64,000 nucleotides of DNA from NCBI RefSeq assembly GCF_006345805.1, contig NC_042999.1, positions 172,980,001-173,044,000 on the forward strand, read 5' to 3'. The notes beneath the pieces were generated by a model. It had not been told where the DNA came from. It did no database searches and saw nothing but the letters and a program-made list of their open reading frames with translations. Shown here one piece after another: positions 1 through 14,000 of the stretch (position 1 is its first letter; every line of letters begins with the position of its first letter). A program made the position numbers and the translations under genes. This DNA comes from Octopus sinensis. Taxonomy: Eukaryota.

Positions 1-2679
1 CTCTCGCTCTCTCTCGCTCTCTCGCTCTCTCTCTTTCTTTCTCTCCCTTTCTCGCTCTCCCCCTCCTCTCTCTCTCGTATAAGGAGACATGTTTGTAGTT
101 CTATGACCAACATCTTGTTTGAAGTATGATAATGCAAGTACAAGTGTGTCATGGATAAATCTGCATCTGAAAATACACTGCAATGTAAATTCGCTTTGTT
201 GACTTATTTGTGTTATAAAGAGGAGATGTTTGTCACTGTTGTATCTAAGTATATAATGTAAAATACTCAAGAAAATCTCACGATCTTGTTTCCTATTTAA
301 ATTAAAAGAAATGTGTGTTGGCGTTGTATACCTGCTGGAACTCTCCAAAGCCAATTTTACTACCACTGTTCGCATCATACAGTTACAAACTATTCTTAAA
401 TACAAAAAATATATATAGGTCAATTCTTAGCAATAACTATTCAAAACCATCTTGGAAATTTCGCTTTTCATTTTATTTACCATCTGTTTCGTAGCAAATG
501 ATCATGCTTAATATGTAGTAGAAATTATATATGTAAATGCTACTTAGAATATTTTTTTGATCCAACATAGTAAATATTTTAGTTTTTCAAGCATATGGTG
601 CGAAAATTCATATTTTGCATTAAGTTCTCTCTCCATCCTTTGTCATAGATTACTTAGTGCTTTAAGTATGAACCTGCACATGCAGTTTTGCTCACATCTG
701 TACTTACTTCAGATATCCAACATATAATTATATTAATGTTTTCTGGTTTCAAATTATTAAGATCTAACGCCAAATTTTCGGATGTTTCAGCGTTTTGTAC
801 GTTGAGCACAAATAAACACATGGAAATAATGTTTCATTCTATGTTATGCAAATATACACATCAATTACAAGTAAAATACGTAACATTAAAAGCTTTAGGC
901 AAATTATGTTATGTATATCAATATTATGTTATTTCCCTATATCTACTCAATATTTAATATTGTGGAAATCAACACTACTTTTCGACGCATTAAAAATGGT
1001 GTAAATTAATAAAGCGCAAATAATTTATTAAATCAAATTTGAAAATATGTCATTCAGGAATATAACACAACGTGTCATTAAACACGAATGCAAAACTAAA
1101 CTATCGCATATTACCGAAAAATAACTATGTACGTTACGATTGGTACAATACTTCCTTCCGTATTTTTCACACAAAAATGCGAAAACATGCCTTAATCTGG
1201 TTGGACCATATTTCAGCTGTAATTACCTGGTCATAAGCCGTTGATATATCATAATAACTGTTCAAACGATTATTTGTTGTGTAAACCGAGGATATACTTG
1301 ATTGACGCTGATAAAACATTTTCTTTTGAGTCGGTAACACAAGCGAATCGAAACAGTACAATCCAGGAATTGATGGGTTTTATATTTGTGGAGAACTTAA
1401 TTCTGTTCTACATGCTCTTATCATGGACAATACTTTCATGAAATCCCATTATACTACTCTCTCCATTTACCTCATTCTGTCTGTCTCAGTCATAAAGTTG
1501 ATTACGTATGAAAATAGTTGCCCACAGAGCATCTAATCTGTTTACTTTGTGGTCCAATGAATCTGTTTTCAAATAAAACAGCAAAGCCAATCGGAAGCTA
1601 TATATTAATTTTACATGACAATTCTTTAAGCCAAATTTAACTTCTAATGGAAGAACCATTATCTTCAAAGGTTGTAAAGAAAACACTACAAATCCCTCGA
1701 GTCGGACACTGACAATAAAATTTCGCTAGCCGGTCTCCAAAGCAATTCAATAAATTGCTGGGATGTAAACATTGATTATTCTTCTGTAAAAATAATAGTA
1801 CTCTGTTTCATCAACAATTCAAGTAGATAGTAGAAGAGCGGTGTACCAGAACAGAGCTTGGCAACATCTGTAAAACTATTTACAAGTCAGAGGAAAGTTT
1901 TAACATGTAACCTATTACAGAAAAAAAGGAAATACGATAAGCGGCAAAATCTCAAATATTGCTGCATATTCATATGCTGTAAATAATTAGTTTCGTCAGC
2001 ATTTCCAGAAAAATATAATACTGAATATGATGTTCTGGATTTAATTGAATTTTTAGTATTTAAAATGTTGTTATTATTTCATAGTGTATTTTTAAAATTA
2101 GTTTCGTAAAAGACAATTCAATAATCAGTATTTAAAACCAGAAAACTAATAATTATTTCATTATTTTAGTTGTTCACAAGGAAAAGTTTCACGGCCCGTA
2201 GCTATTTAAATTTCGGTAACCTGCTGCCATTAAAATAGGTTGCGAGCAGTATCAGCAGTTTACTGATGTTGCTGTCTGACTTATGGTGTTGGAACTAAAA
2301 GCCAGCCCCACTTACACTGAAGTGTTGGCAAAGAAGTTAAGCGGAATTTCAGTAGATGTTTTAAAGAGAAAACTTAGGTTTCGATGAGAGTAGTACGTAT
2401 TAGGCATTTACAAGAGATTAATATATTTGCCTAGTTATAATTTATTAATGTTACCTAAACAAGTTTTATCTTAATTCATTTAGTGACTGTGTTAATATAA
2501 TTTGCAAGAATGACAAGTAGCACATTAAATTTTAATTATCATAATTGTTGATACTATTATTATTGAAATAAATAAAAGAACTTTTATCATTATCATTGTC
2601 AAGGCGACGAGCAGGGAAAATCATTATCGTACCGGAAGAAAGTCATAGCAGCATTTTCTCCGACTCTTCCTGGGTTCCT

Positions 2680-2760
2680 ATGTCGCCGATGTCGACTTTG
2701 CTTTTCATCCCTTTGGGAGTCAAGGGAATAGTAGCGTTTGAGCGCTGGGGTCGGCTAACA
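2680..2760 (+). mobile_element. SINE internal fragment (same family as 60066-60277)
   Basis: gccgatgtcgactttgcttttcatccctttgggagtc...gcgctggggtcg matches the central part of the 60066-60277 copy. Confidence 0.5.
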
Positions 2761-3078
2761 ACTGGACGTAAGGTTTCAGGTTAATACTATTACTACCATA
2801 GGTGGTACAAAATTCATTATCATCTGTATTCAACAGTTTCAATCAAGCTCTTACTATGTGACCAGGTGACTTACAAATTCAAAAATCTCTGCGTTTACAC
2901 AGTGATGTCAACAAACATCAACGTCAGACTTCGGTTAAGTGAGAATGTATTTTGTTGTATTTTTAACTAGGTAATGATTATTTGGATTATTATCAATTTT
3001 ACAGTTCTATATTTAAGAGATGAGGAATTATGTACATTATTTACATTATTTAAATTTGACGAATAAATATCAGCCAAA

Positions 3079-3245
3079 TCTTGTTTGTTGTTAACACAAA
3101 TTTCGATCCTGGGTTCTCATTCCTAAGGTATACCTTAGGAATGAGAACCCAGGTTCGAAATTTCCCCAAGACACCTGATGAAGGCTGGAGGGTATATCAG
3201 CGTTGTGTTAACAACAATCAAGATGAGGACAAATATCTGTCAAAT
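3079..3245. mobile_element. Penelope-like pseudo-LTR fragments in head-to-head orientation, with a dead hammerhead motif
   Basis: Perfect 46-bp palindrome at 3108-3153; outer arms 3079-3098 / 3204-3223. CTGATGA-A-GGCTG..CAGC at 3175-3201 lacks the following GAAA. Family assignment is from recalled PLE pLTR architecture. Confidence 0.6.
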
Positions 3246-4399
3246 GGAAATAATGTAAATAATATAAATAATGTAATATAAATTTTATACCCAATAATCT
3301 TCTAATTATACATAGCACTTGATTAAATATATGGCGATGATGTGGTCGACGAATATATTGGTGTACAAAAACATTGCTTTAATTTTTTGATACTTATATC
3401 TGAACAATTTTTTGAATTTGATTATTAGTCAAGTCTTATGTTTGCCATCCGAACGCTGCCATACTTAACTTTCATGGAATGTTTAGTTTTTTATTCACGT
3501 TTACAACTATTTTTTCACGTTGGCCGTTCCTTAGTTTTATATTCATAGCCTGAGAAATACATCAATTGTCCTTTCTCTTGGAAGAAGAATTGGGTGTATT
3601 TTGTCAATTATGCTTAGATATGTCCATGATTAACAACAATTTTTTTAATGTTGAAAATGTCCAAGATGAACAAAATGCGAAAAATGTATGAAGATGATCA
3701 GAGTTAAGAAAGATGTTGGAGGTTAAGAAGAATGGCCTAAGTAAACAAATGCTGTGTAAGAACGTCAATGCCAATCATAGGAATTATCGAGTACAACTGT
3801 AATAGTGCTTGTTGCAAAGTGAATTGTAGAACTATCCATTATATAGCGGCCATATATCTTTTTACAAAGAGTTATTTCGATGTGACTCCTTAGCTTTCTG
3901 CACAGTGTTGTACTGTATTACAGTACTTTTGCAAAACTGTGTTTTTGATATAATAATATCATACTATATTCATATTATTACAATCTATGTATTACATTCT
4001 AATAAATCACTCTTTGTATAACCCGTTTATACCGAGTGTTTTCCTCGTTCTGAGGAAGCATGCATTTGCCTGATATACAGTTTGGTCTTACGATAACTTC
4101 GATCACACGTATTAAATAAATTTCTTATTACCAACCTAAGGCTGTTCAACTATCTTAATTTTCGATTTATTATGTAGAATTTAAAACTTATTACTACAAT
4201 GATTAGTAATTATATCTATCATCGTATTTGCTATTGCGTTTAGTTTTGAATATTAGTCTCCCGCTTCTGTACAACATTTTATTGCCATTCTGTATTTCAA
4301 TGGATGTATCTTATCAGTTTTTCCACGCTTACGTATTTCTATACGGGTTTCTGTTTAAATTGCTTAATTTCAGCTGCTGGACGGAATTTTATTTTCTCA

Positions 4400-5950
4400 A
4401 TTTTAATTAATTTGCTTCTTCTTTGGAACAATTGTCTAAAACGTTATTGCTTTTCTATCGCATCTGAGTTCATGCACAATGTTTAATAGGTCCTCGTGAA
4501 TGTGTTGTTCATCGTAAAAGCCTTTCGCTAATCCGTATAGAGAAGCTGATTTGTAATTTGTTTGAAAGTAATATTACTATCGTCGGTTTCATTCTTCGGA
4601 TTATTAATGGATCCAGAGCAAACAGACGTCTTTAGGAGATAAGGAGTCTCTTCTTTCTATAGGCTTTTCATTTTCTTTGTTCCTTTTATACTTATTGTTA
4701 TCATTTCATATACATATTAAACTGTTGGAAAAGACCTCATTACATAATCGTCATATTTCATTTTCCGTGGATTTGTCTAGTATTGTTTTAAGGATATTCA
4801 TCCATAATGATTAGTTTTGAACAGCCATTGTGAGTCCAAGAATCATCTGCTGCAATGTCCTGTGTTTGTCTGTGATTTTGACTGTGTAGTTCTTTGCCCC
4901 AGATATTTCTTTCCTTTCTTGTATTCCACTACTGCCTTCCCAGCTTTTTTCTCCTCTCTTCAAGCAGTAGAAATCAATCATCCTGAATCGCTTCTTACAT
5001 TAACCTATATTACATTTTGCTGTATCTACACCATCTTCTTTCGGTATCAGTTGTTTCTTTGCTCCTTCCGTGGTAGGTATACCCTATCGACGCTGTCAGT
5101 GGGGTGTAGCGACTGTATATGGACATTGTCTTTCTGGTTTTACACTCTATACTTCTTAGTTCTTCCTTAGATGTTCAGGAAAACATCCGTATATTGTATT
5201 AGAGAGATCACCCAAGAGATTGTTACAGAGATATTTTCCCCTTCATTCAGTTTTGAGCTTAAAACCCATTTTTCACGTTCCTCGGATATTTATTTCTCAC
5301 ATTCTCTTTCATTCTTGACAGAGAAGTCTATCTGCCTCCAGTACACCTTGTAACTGCCACCTTCACTCGTTGCTCGGAATGATGACTCATCTGAGAGTTT
5401 AATCCCTTCTGAATTTGAATATTCTCCCTCTTCCTATACAAGTATCGCATATTTATCTATTCCAAACTTTGTGTTGTCCGAGTAGCACTGTTCATCGATA
5501 CTCTACTGCATAGGTTGTTTGATGAGACAAGTACTTATTTGGATTGGAAAGAGAGGTGTTTTTTACTTAATTTCGTTTCATTATACCTAGTGCTCAAATA
5601 ATTATTGATGATATTTTCAATTTCATACTGCTTCTTTACATCACACTTTCTCAAATTCCAGAGCAATATATATTTTAGAATGGATTGAGATGTGCATCGG
5701 TGTACAAGAATTTTAACTTAATGCCTTGAGGCTGAATACTGCACAGCTTTGCTGGATTTATTCGTCAGGAATTACATACCTTTGCTGTTTCTGGGCAGTT
5801 TGTTGTGGTCGATCGCTTTTGAGAAATTGTTTGCTTTCATTCTGATTTACAGCTTCTTCTCCGAAACTTACTTATATTGTGTACTTACACGTTTTGTTAA
5901 TTTTATCTTTATCATTTCATGGTTCGACAAACGTAAATCTAGTTTTCCTC
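4400..5950 (-). mobile_element. Degraded R4/Dong-like (RLE-type) non-LTR retrotransposon
   Basis: Minus-strand translation with stops and frameshifts gives KFGIDKYAILV..SEGIKLSD..EGGSYK..VLEAD, SSKLNEG..SWVISLIQY, SIECKTRKTMSIY and HP..SVDRVYLPRKE. These are the RT C-terminal/thumb motifs of R4-clade elements. Best supported between ~4850 and 5480. Confidence 0.7.
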
Positions 5951-6589
5951 CTCAAAGCAAGGATTAGATGTGTGTGGGAGAATACGCACAACAGTGTACA
6001 CGTTTAACAATGAGGTTTATATTCTCAAAAATATCCAAGTTTAGCAAGTGCGATTATTATTACGAGTGGTTAAATCTGAAAAATATTTAAAGGTAAACTG
6101 GGTTAACATATATATTTGGGATTAAAAAGTAAGCTCAAGATTAATACAGTACACAAAGCAACAATTAAATTATAGAGAATCTTTTTATACCCTTATAGAA
6201 TGTGTTGTCTATCACTGCAATGACACTAGTGACAAACAGAATGATTGAAACTTATAATTCTCAACTAATACTTCGATATACTTTCTTAGCGTTTCACCCC
6301 GTTTTTACACAATATTGAAGTAGTTTTATATTGCTATGTTCACTATTATAATAATGAAACCATTTTTGTGGCGTAGAGTAGTATGAGGTTTAATATATAT
6401 GTTGTATCTCTTTGTACTCAAAGATCTCATAGTATTTTTACATTTTCATTTTCAAGGAAAGCAAAAGTTTTTATACGTGCTAGAGGATTTTGTCATGAAG
6501 CCCTTAAAATGTGTTGGATAAACGTACTTAGAGCAACTTTATTCATGTCTTTTTTACTTGTTTATATTTCAGAAATGGACTATTAATGT

Positions 6590-6808
6590 CCGTGTGTGTG
6601 TGTGTGTGTGAGTGTGTGCGTGCGCGTGTATGTGTGCGTGTGTGTGCGCGTGTTCGTGTGTGTGTGCGTGTGTGTGTGTGTATGTGTGTGTGAGTGTGTG
6701 CGTGCGCGTGCATGTGTGCGTGCGCGTGCATGTGTGCGTGTGTGTGCGCGTGTCCGTGTGTGTGTGTGCGTGTGTGTGTGTGTATGTGTGTGTGTGTGTG
6801 TGTGTTTG
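6590..6808. repeat. Compound (GT/GC)n microsatellite with higher-order internal duplication
   Basis: Alternating purine-pyrimidine tract; the block gagtgtgtgcgtgcgcgtg(t/c)atgtgtgcgtg recurs. Confidence 0.9.
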
Positions 6809-7826
6809 TGTATTTCTGACTGTCATAGTATTCATTCATCTTTCTTGTTTGGCCACATTAGAATAGGCCAAAGGAGGAATTCGCTAGACCTTTTGCTATG
6901 AACACTTTCCGAAGTTACAAATCGCTTGTTCGAATTGTCAATCTTCTTCCATTTATCGTCAGATAATGGTATTATTATTCAGTTCAAATGATATACTAAT
7001 GTTTGTGTCGAAATGCCTGAAAATTGTGGCATGACTGAATTTTCGGTATCACTTAAAAAATGGCTGCTAAGGCTGTTAATGCCCTTCCACATGCAGTATC
7101 GCAATTTAACATGTTTACTAGCCAACTTATTTCTAACATGCACAGGATAAAAAGGAAAACTGGAGCTGCTATTCCAGTGAAATTCTGAACAGATATTCCT
7201 GTGACGTAGATATCTGCAATATTTTTATCAAAATTTACAAAGTATCGTCAAAGTGATGCACTTACAGCATTTGGAATAAAATTAAATGCCTTCCAGTAGC
7301 CCATTCAGGCAGATAACATCTTCCTCTTGTACGAGATGGTACGTTGAAATACACTGTACATTTTGTGGGAGTTTAATTATTTTTCATCAATATTATTTTG
7401 GAAAACATTTTATATGTTACTGGTAGGCAAGTAAATGGAAATAATAGTTTGAGTAATCTGGTGTTGTTTTCATCAGAATCATTATTGTCTTGCCGATAAG
7501 GAATCGTCTCGGTATTTACACCCTCCAGATTGTTTAAGGATGTACGGCTATAGGCTAGCACTGGCATATATCAAAGAGCAGGCTCTACATGTTTTGAATG
7601 TTACCACTATCAACAATTTTCCAGTTCCTGAAAATCAAAGCAGACCTGAAGTCGAGGATTCTACAATTTCGACATCTATATCCAGTTATAATTTCGTTTA
7701 GCCTTTGGTTTTCTAAATGTTTCTAATGTTACTTTAATGGGTATTGTTTTCTAAGTTGTTAACGGATATCTTTACAACAGAAGATTTGTACTTTTCAGAT
7801 TATTTTCAAGTATGTACTTTGAGAGT

Positions 7827-8130
7827 GTAGCGGCACATGGCCTTGTGATTAGAGCAGCGGACTCGCGGTCGAGGGATCGCGGGTTCGAATCTCAGACCGG
7901 CGATGTGTGTGTTTATGAGCGAAACACCTAAGTTCCATGAGGCTCCGGCAGAATGTAATGGTGAACTTCTGCTGACTCTTTCGCCACAACTTTCTCTCAC
8001 TCTTTCCTCCTGCATCTTGCAGCTCACCAGCGACGGACCGGCATCCCGTCCAGGTGGGAAACCTATACGCCAAGGAAACCGGGAAACCGGCCCAATGAGC
8101 CAGACGTGGCTCGAGAAGGAACAAACAACA
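7827..8130 (+). mobile_element. Full-length tRNA-derived SINE with 11-bp target-site duplication
   Basis: A-box-like TGGCCTTGTGATTAG, B-box GGTTCGAATC, (AAC)n tail; TSD ACTTTGAGAGT at 7816-7826 and 8131-8141. A second copy lies at 43955-44159 (-). Confidence 0.85.
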
Positions 8131-9359
8131 ACTTTGAGAGTACCGTTTCCCTGCATGCTAAACGTACTTATATCTATTATTTATAGGGGATGTTTGGTTG
8201 TGTTTAAACCATTTTAAATTTTTTGCTGCTTTGTTTGTGCATTGCTTACATCGTTCTTAATCAACAGATGGTACCTAAAGTTATTGTTTGCAACTTTATA
8301 TTTTGTCGTAATGTTATTGTACGTTTTCTTTTGTTACGTAGAATACCCATTCTATACTGTAATATACTCTGCTAGTTATTGTATACTGGTAACGTCTATC
8401 TTTTATAACGGTACATTATTTATTTAAACTCGAATATTCTATTGTCGTGAATATCCTAATTTAGAGAAAATCGTTTAACTGAGTAATAAAAATGGATATC
8501 GTAATGTGATTTATCATTGGTCTTTAAGATAATGTCTCTTAAACGTATGCCTACAGGTCGTAGAGTCACTTAAGATTGTTCTAAGAAATTTAGCCACCTG
8601 TTAATGCATGTATCGTAGGCTTCAGCTGCTTTGGAATATTGCCATATTACAGAAGCAGAGTCGAAGCTAAATTTGATGTCACTAAAGAAATACAATTATC
8701 AGAAACGGTAGTGTCTACACTATTATCATAGTTATTTTTATTATTATTATACATTAACGTAATATTATTATCACTTATTGCTATTTTTAACATTACGGTC
8801 ATGAATTCCAGTACCTGTAACATTCCAAACAATCTGCAACAATCCCTCTTAAAACCTCAATGTATAACATCATTAACCCAAATCAGCTATTCTTGCATAT
8901 TTTAGTGTTATTCTTGAGGTAGAAACTTTTTATTAGCTAAACCTCAATCAGTGAATCGTGCCCATGTCTTTTTTTGTGTGTCCAATGAAATATATGGCTG
9001 TAAGTTGAAGCATTTATTACAGCCTAGGTACAGCTTCTTTAGAAATTCAAATTTATTTCTCTCGACTGGCATGGCTTGTTTTCTTTTTTGTCCTCGGTGG
9101 ATACAAATATTACTGTGTTTTTTACTTGAAATAGTGCATCTTCAGACGAAAAATGACTATTCGTAGCTGTGTGCATTCTGTTTACGGTTGTATATTCCTT
9201 GGTAAAGGAATGTGAAGAAAATTGTTAAATATAATTTTTGATATTTCAAGTCAGAACTTCAATAACTGCCTCCGGCTACCAGCCAAATATTTGAGTCAGT
9301 ATGATCGAAAACGCATCTCCGCCATATTTGGGCCTTTATGCCTCAGTATAATAGGGCGT

Positions 9360-9403
9360 AGTCATCGTCGTCGTCATCCTCGTAATCATCATCACCTTCA
9401 TCA

Positions 9404-9459
<56 letters not shown>

Positions 9460-9505
9460 ATTATTATTATTATCATCATTATTATTATTGTTGTTGTTGT
9501 TGTTA
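9360..9505. repeat. Compound trinucleotide microsatellite (CGT/CAT/TAT/TGT)n just upstream of the TSP1-exon acceptor
   Basis: Directly visible; it produces the spurious poly-His/Tyr/Cys ORF 9222-9563. Confidence 0.95.
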
Positions 9506-9545
9506 TAAATTTAACTCATCTTTCCTCCTCATTTTACTATTGCAG

Positions 9546-9757
9546 CCAAACCTTCAACATTGACGCAGCTACCATTAACTACAACATCTCCCATCCGTCC
9601 ACCTTGTGCAATTGTAAAATCAGAATGGTCAGCTTGTTCTGCCAGTTGCGGTGTCGGTATGTCAGTTCGTATGAACAACGACAATCTAGAATGTGAAGAT
9701 GTACAACAAACCAGGATTTGTTTCTTGCGGCCTTGCGGAGAAGTTGTTAAATCAGAG
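9546..9757 (+). CDS. CCN: CCN-family protein, penultimate coding exon (Pro/Thr-rich hinge + thrombospondin type-1 domain)
   Basis: Acceptor ttgcAG ends at 9545 and donor GTaaga starts at 9758; 212 nt, phase 1 in, phase 0 out. Translation (x)KPSTLTQLPLTTTSPIRPPCAIVKSEWSACSASCGVGMSVRMNNDNLECEDVQQTRICFLRPCGEVVKSE has the CCN TSP1 signature C..EWSACS..CG.G.S.R..NDN..C.....R.C..RPC (6 Cys). Paralogue not assignable. Confidence 0.93.
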
Positions 9758-10908
9758 GTAAGACCTAATCTAAATTATTTTGATTGTTTGTCAAATAGAA
9801 CGGCCACAAAACTTGCTTTACGATAGGAATGATCTAATGAGATGTAATGAAATGTCAATATAACCTATATGAATATATTCATATTTAGGTTTCAAGAAAA
9901 GAAATCAATAATTACGGGGAAGTTCTTTCAGTTGTATGTATTGTGCTGGTACGAACCGTAGCTTATCAAATAAAGAATATTATAAGAGTTTGTTATCTCT
10001 AATATGGTTTTGTTTTGTGTGTTAATAACCTGCACTCCTTAGCAATAATTACATATGTATATATATTCATGCAAACATATATGTAAGTATATGTTTATGA
10101 GTATATTTTTTCGCAACAGTTCTCTTCTTTCTAGAACTTTATACCTGGTTTCTCTTATGCATACATTTTTTCCCAACTTTTTCAAGTTACATGCATTCAT
10201 GCACGCTAACATTATGTACCAGGGAAGGATGCTCACACCTTAGCCCTCAAAATGCAACAGAGCATGTGCCTTTGGCAAAGGCCCTTCAAGATATAGCGGC
10301 TACATATATTCCTGTAGTGGCTTCACAAGGAAGAGAACATCACTCATAATTTTATATTACTGAGAGAAACGTGAACTGCATCGCACCTTAGCAAATTATC
10401 TACTCTTTTAGGTAAAACAAACCATTGATTTGTACAGTCACTAATTTTCTAGAGCATCAGCTTTGCACTTGTAGCAATTGGTGAAGATATTATTCTGTCA
10501 GTTATTACGAATAACATCTGTATCAGTTTACTGACTGTACAGTTGGTTTAGACCTTTTCTTCATCACCAGATATTTTCAGTGTATCCGAGTCTATTTGTA
10601 CTCGGCTGTTCATTTCACAGACTTCAACGTCTTAATGGCCATTTCTATATAAAACAAAAATTACAAAAGTATAATATAAGCAGAATATTCAAAACTCAGA
10701 ATATACTATAAGATGTAATATAAAACAAAATATTCTAAAATATTTATTACTAATACATCGAATCTTAGACCGACATGTTTTTCATGTAAATGGAATATTA
10801 TTTACGGCACTAGGAAATGTTCAGATAAAGATCACTCGAATTATTTTCATTATAATTTTGTTTTTGTTTTTTCGTACACCATATCATCAAAGTCGTGTGC
10901 GTCATATT

Positions 10909-10914
<6 letters not shown>

Positions 10915-11000
<86 letters not shown>

Positions 11001-11030
11001 TTATATATGTATATATATATATATGTGTGT
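10915..11030. repeat. (TA)n microsatellite
   Basis: Directly visible. Confidence 0.95.
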
Positions 11031-14000
11031 GCGTGTGAATGTATATAAGAGCTTTTTTTGCCTTATATTGTATTTATATTTCTTTTTCAACACAAAGAAT
11101 CTCACGATTTTACAACCAGCTTTTCAATATGAAGCATGTTTGGAAGAAATTTCTTCTCTATTTTCGTATTATCAGTCAAACAAACTCCCTCATAGGCACG
11201 CACGCACACACACACACCACACACACACATATATATATATATATATAATAAATATTGTCTAAGGCTTTTTGTCTTTTATCTTGTTATTTTGTGTTACTTT
11301 AAGCCCGAAGGTGACTCGTAATAATTGTGGTAATAATATAACCAGAGATTCCGTTATTGGAAAGTATTTAGGAAAACGTTCATTTAACATATAATATATC
11401 AGTGATATAAAAAATATATAGGAATTTCAAAAGAGGTCTGACATAGTTCTTGCTCCAGGAAAAGAATAGTAAAAAGTCATTTATTAAGACAACGTATGCT
11501 GAGCTGATGCCAAGGAAAAATGGGAAAGCAAAATGATTTAGCTGTCTGAAAGCTTTCGGTGAACTACCGTAAATATTGTTTCTAACATATTCAAAGGCTA
11601 GAGATTTGATGAGAATAATAATTCGATTAAATCAGCTTCATTATTTGCTAAGAACATCATAAAAACAAGATGATGAGCGGCAAATTTTGTATCGGAGGTA
11701 TGTGAAGTCAGAACGCAAATATCATAAATCAAGAATCTACATTGCAACGCATCTTGTATTTTAAATATAAAATGACATTCGGAGCAGATGCAGAAGATGT
11801 CTCCACTTTGCATCATAATGTTTTCAGTACATGGCATTTCTGTTGATAAGATCACAGTAATTGTTGCTTAATTTGCGTCCAGCTCCACACTGCACACAAC
11901 AATATTCTTCGCATCTGAGTCTTATTTCAACAAATAAAACTAGTTCTGGAAAGGGCATCGGTAAATACACGGTTTCATTTGACTAACACATTTACAAGCA
12001 CACACTTAAAGCATATAAACGTCTGTGATTGTTACAATGACATAAAGCGTCCGAATTCCAGTTGATCTCTACTATTACCTCAAAACCATCTGATTAGCAA
12101 TTTGCTTTTTAACTTCACCAAACTTATGAATGTTTTTTTTTTTTTTTTGCTATACGGTTGTCTATAATAATTTATGTAAACCTACTGCAATGTATCCCAT
12201 TTGCATAACTAAGACAAGTTTAATTACCATTCTACCACTATCAGTTCTAACATTTTAATGAGTACGGAAATATCACTTTGAATATTATTTCTCTTTTAAC
12301 GTCATCACTAGAAAGATATCTACTGGGTTTACTTTTACGAAACGCACCGGTACCATCCCAACCTTCAGGACTCCGGCAAAATTAGTATTATTGTCCTTTA
12401 CATGATGAAAGCCTTCAACTGTGACAGCTATGATAACTGCCTATGAACTAAGTTTCTTTATACAGACTGCATTGCTCTCCCATCTTGTATACCTTAATAT
12501 TACACTCGACTTACCTTTTTCAATGTCTTGATGAAAGAGTGCTCACTAACCAACTCTTTTAAGACAGTAGTGTATTCTAAATCTTTATATGTGCCACTCC
12601 GTTTTTTTTAATTGATAGCTATCTTCTTAATTAAATCCTACATATAGACTTCTCAAATCTTCTACAATTTGAATATATTACAAAGTTCATGTAAGAACAA
12701 CAGAATATATGCAAATTAGAAAGCATGGAAATATACTGTTCTGGGTAGGTGGAAACACATGCTACAGGACGCTACCAAAAGAAAAGGAACGAGGACAGAA
12801 TGTACAATTAAGGGACAAAATTGAGACAAAAATACTTAAAGCTTTTACAGTGATGTACAATCAATACCTTAGATCCATGATGATCTATGTTAATCATACG
12901 TTGGTCCTAATGCCTTCACACAAAATGCACTCAGCAAGAGGTACATGAACAAACTATATATCATACCAGGTTATTTACAGACTATGAACATTGATCACTG
13001 GCAGAGTGAAATAAATACTAAGAAGGAAACTACAATATTGCATTAACTCCTTCTCTAGCCTCAAACACTGATAAAGTGTGTTCTCTAACGGAGCCTATTT
13101 TCCATTGTGTATTACAGTCTTTTAGCTATAGTTACTGCAACTCTCTTAGTTCATGGCTCTATGTGAAAATTCGCTCCAGACATGCATGGATATTACATAT
13201 CACAGTACTTGTTGCACATTATACTCAAACTACAATGTCTCCAACTTGACACACATAAAAATTAATGAAACAATGCACATAAAAGTTTTTTTGTCCCAAT
13301 GAGCTCGCATTCCCCCAAAACTATGTTAAAATCATGTCTCTACCAAAAAAATACTGATGATCAGTAGCGTTTAAACTGAAGCCACTAACACACAGTTCAT
13401 CTGTAAATAAAAAATTGCAAAGTCTTCAACATCCGTACTGTTAGAATCTACTACATATAAATTGTTACAGTCATATCAGAAAATACAACGTAATGGTCGC
13501 CAAGGAGGAGGCATTATATAACACCGATGCGTGAGTCGTGCCATATTGTTCGATCGATTACCTGCTTCTTGTGGTTCAGCTTCATAACAACTGCGCTGGA
13601 GCAATGCAACAAGAGAAAGTCCCTATCTCTTATCAATGAGCTACCTTGAAACAAGTCCTCCCTGAAATGTATATTTTCTCAATGTTGTTGCATCGATTAG
13701 ACCTGAAAATCTATGAGTATCTTTTATTGCAGCTTCATATATTCCACTTTGCAAAACTTCTGATATATCATGCTTCCCTCTTTATTGACAGAAATTATTC
13801 CACCTTGATAAACGATTGATGCTTTACAGCACTCCACTGAATCGTACATTTTAAATTACTTAAAAGATGTAATATAAATAATAAGACTACTGACACAGTA
13901 TTAAACCTTCCAGGTCTCATCAGAAATCTGCGCGTCGATAAATATTAACTCGGCAACACGCTTCAATTACTACCAAATATACCTCTATACAACACTCTAA

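Noticed and set aside
3640-3840. Cys-rich stretch considered as the missing VWC exon
   Set aside because: In-frame stops, no VWC Cys spacing and no matching splice sites; no upstream CCN exon was found in 1-9545.
7477-7701. 75-codon + strand open frame after an acceptor-like ttttcatcAG
   Set aside because: It lacks the Cys pattern of the CCN VWC or IGFBP modules and ends in a stop. The opposite strand has an RT-like motif (PFTCLPVTYKMFSKII), so old LINE debris is more likely.
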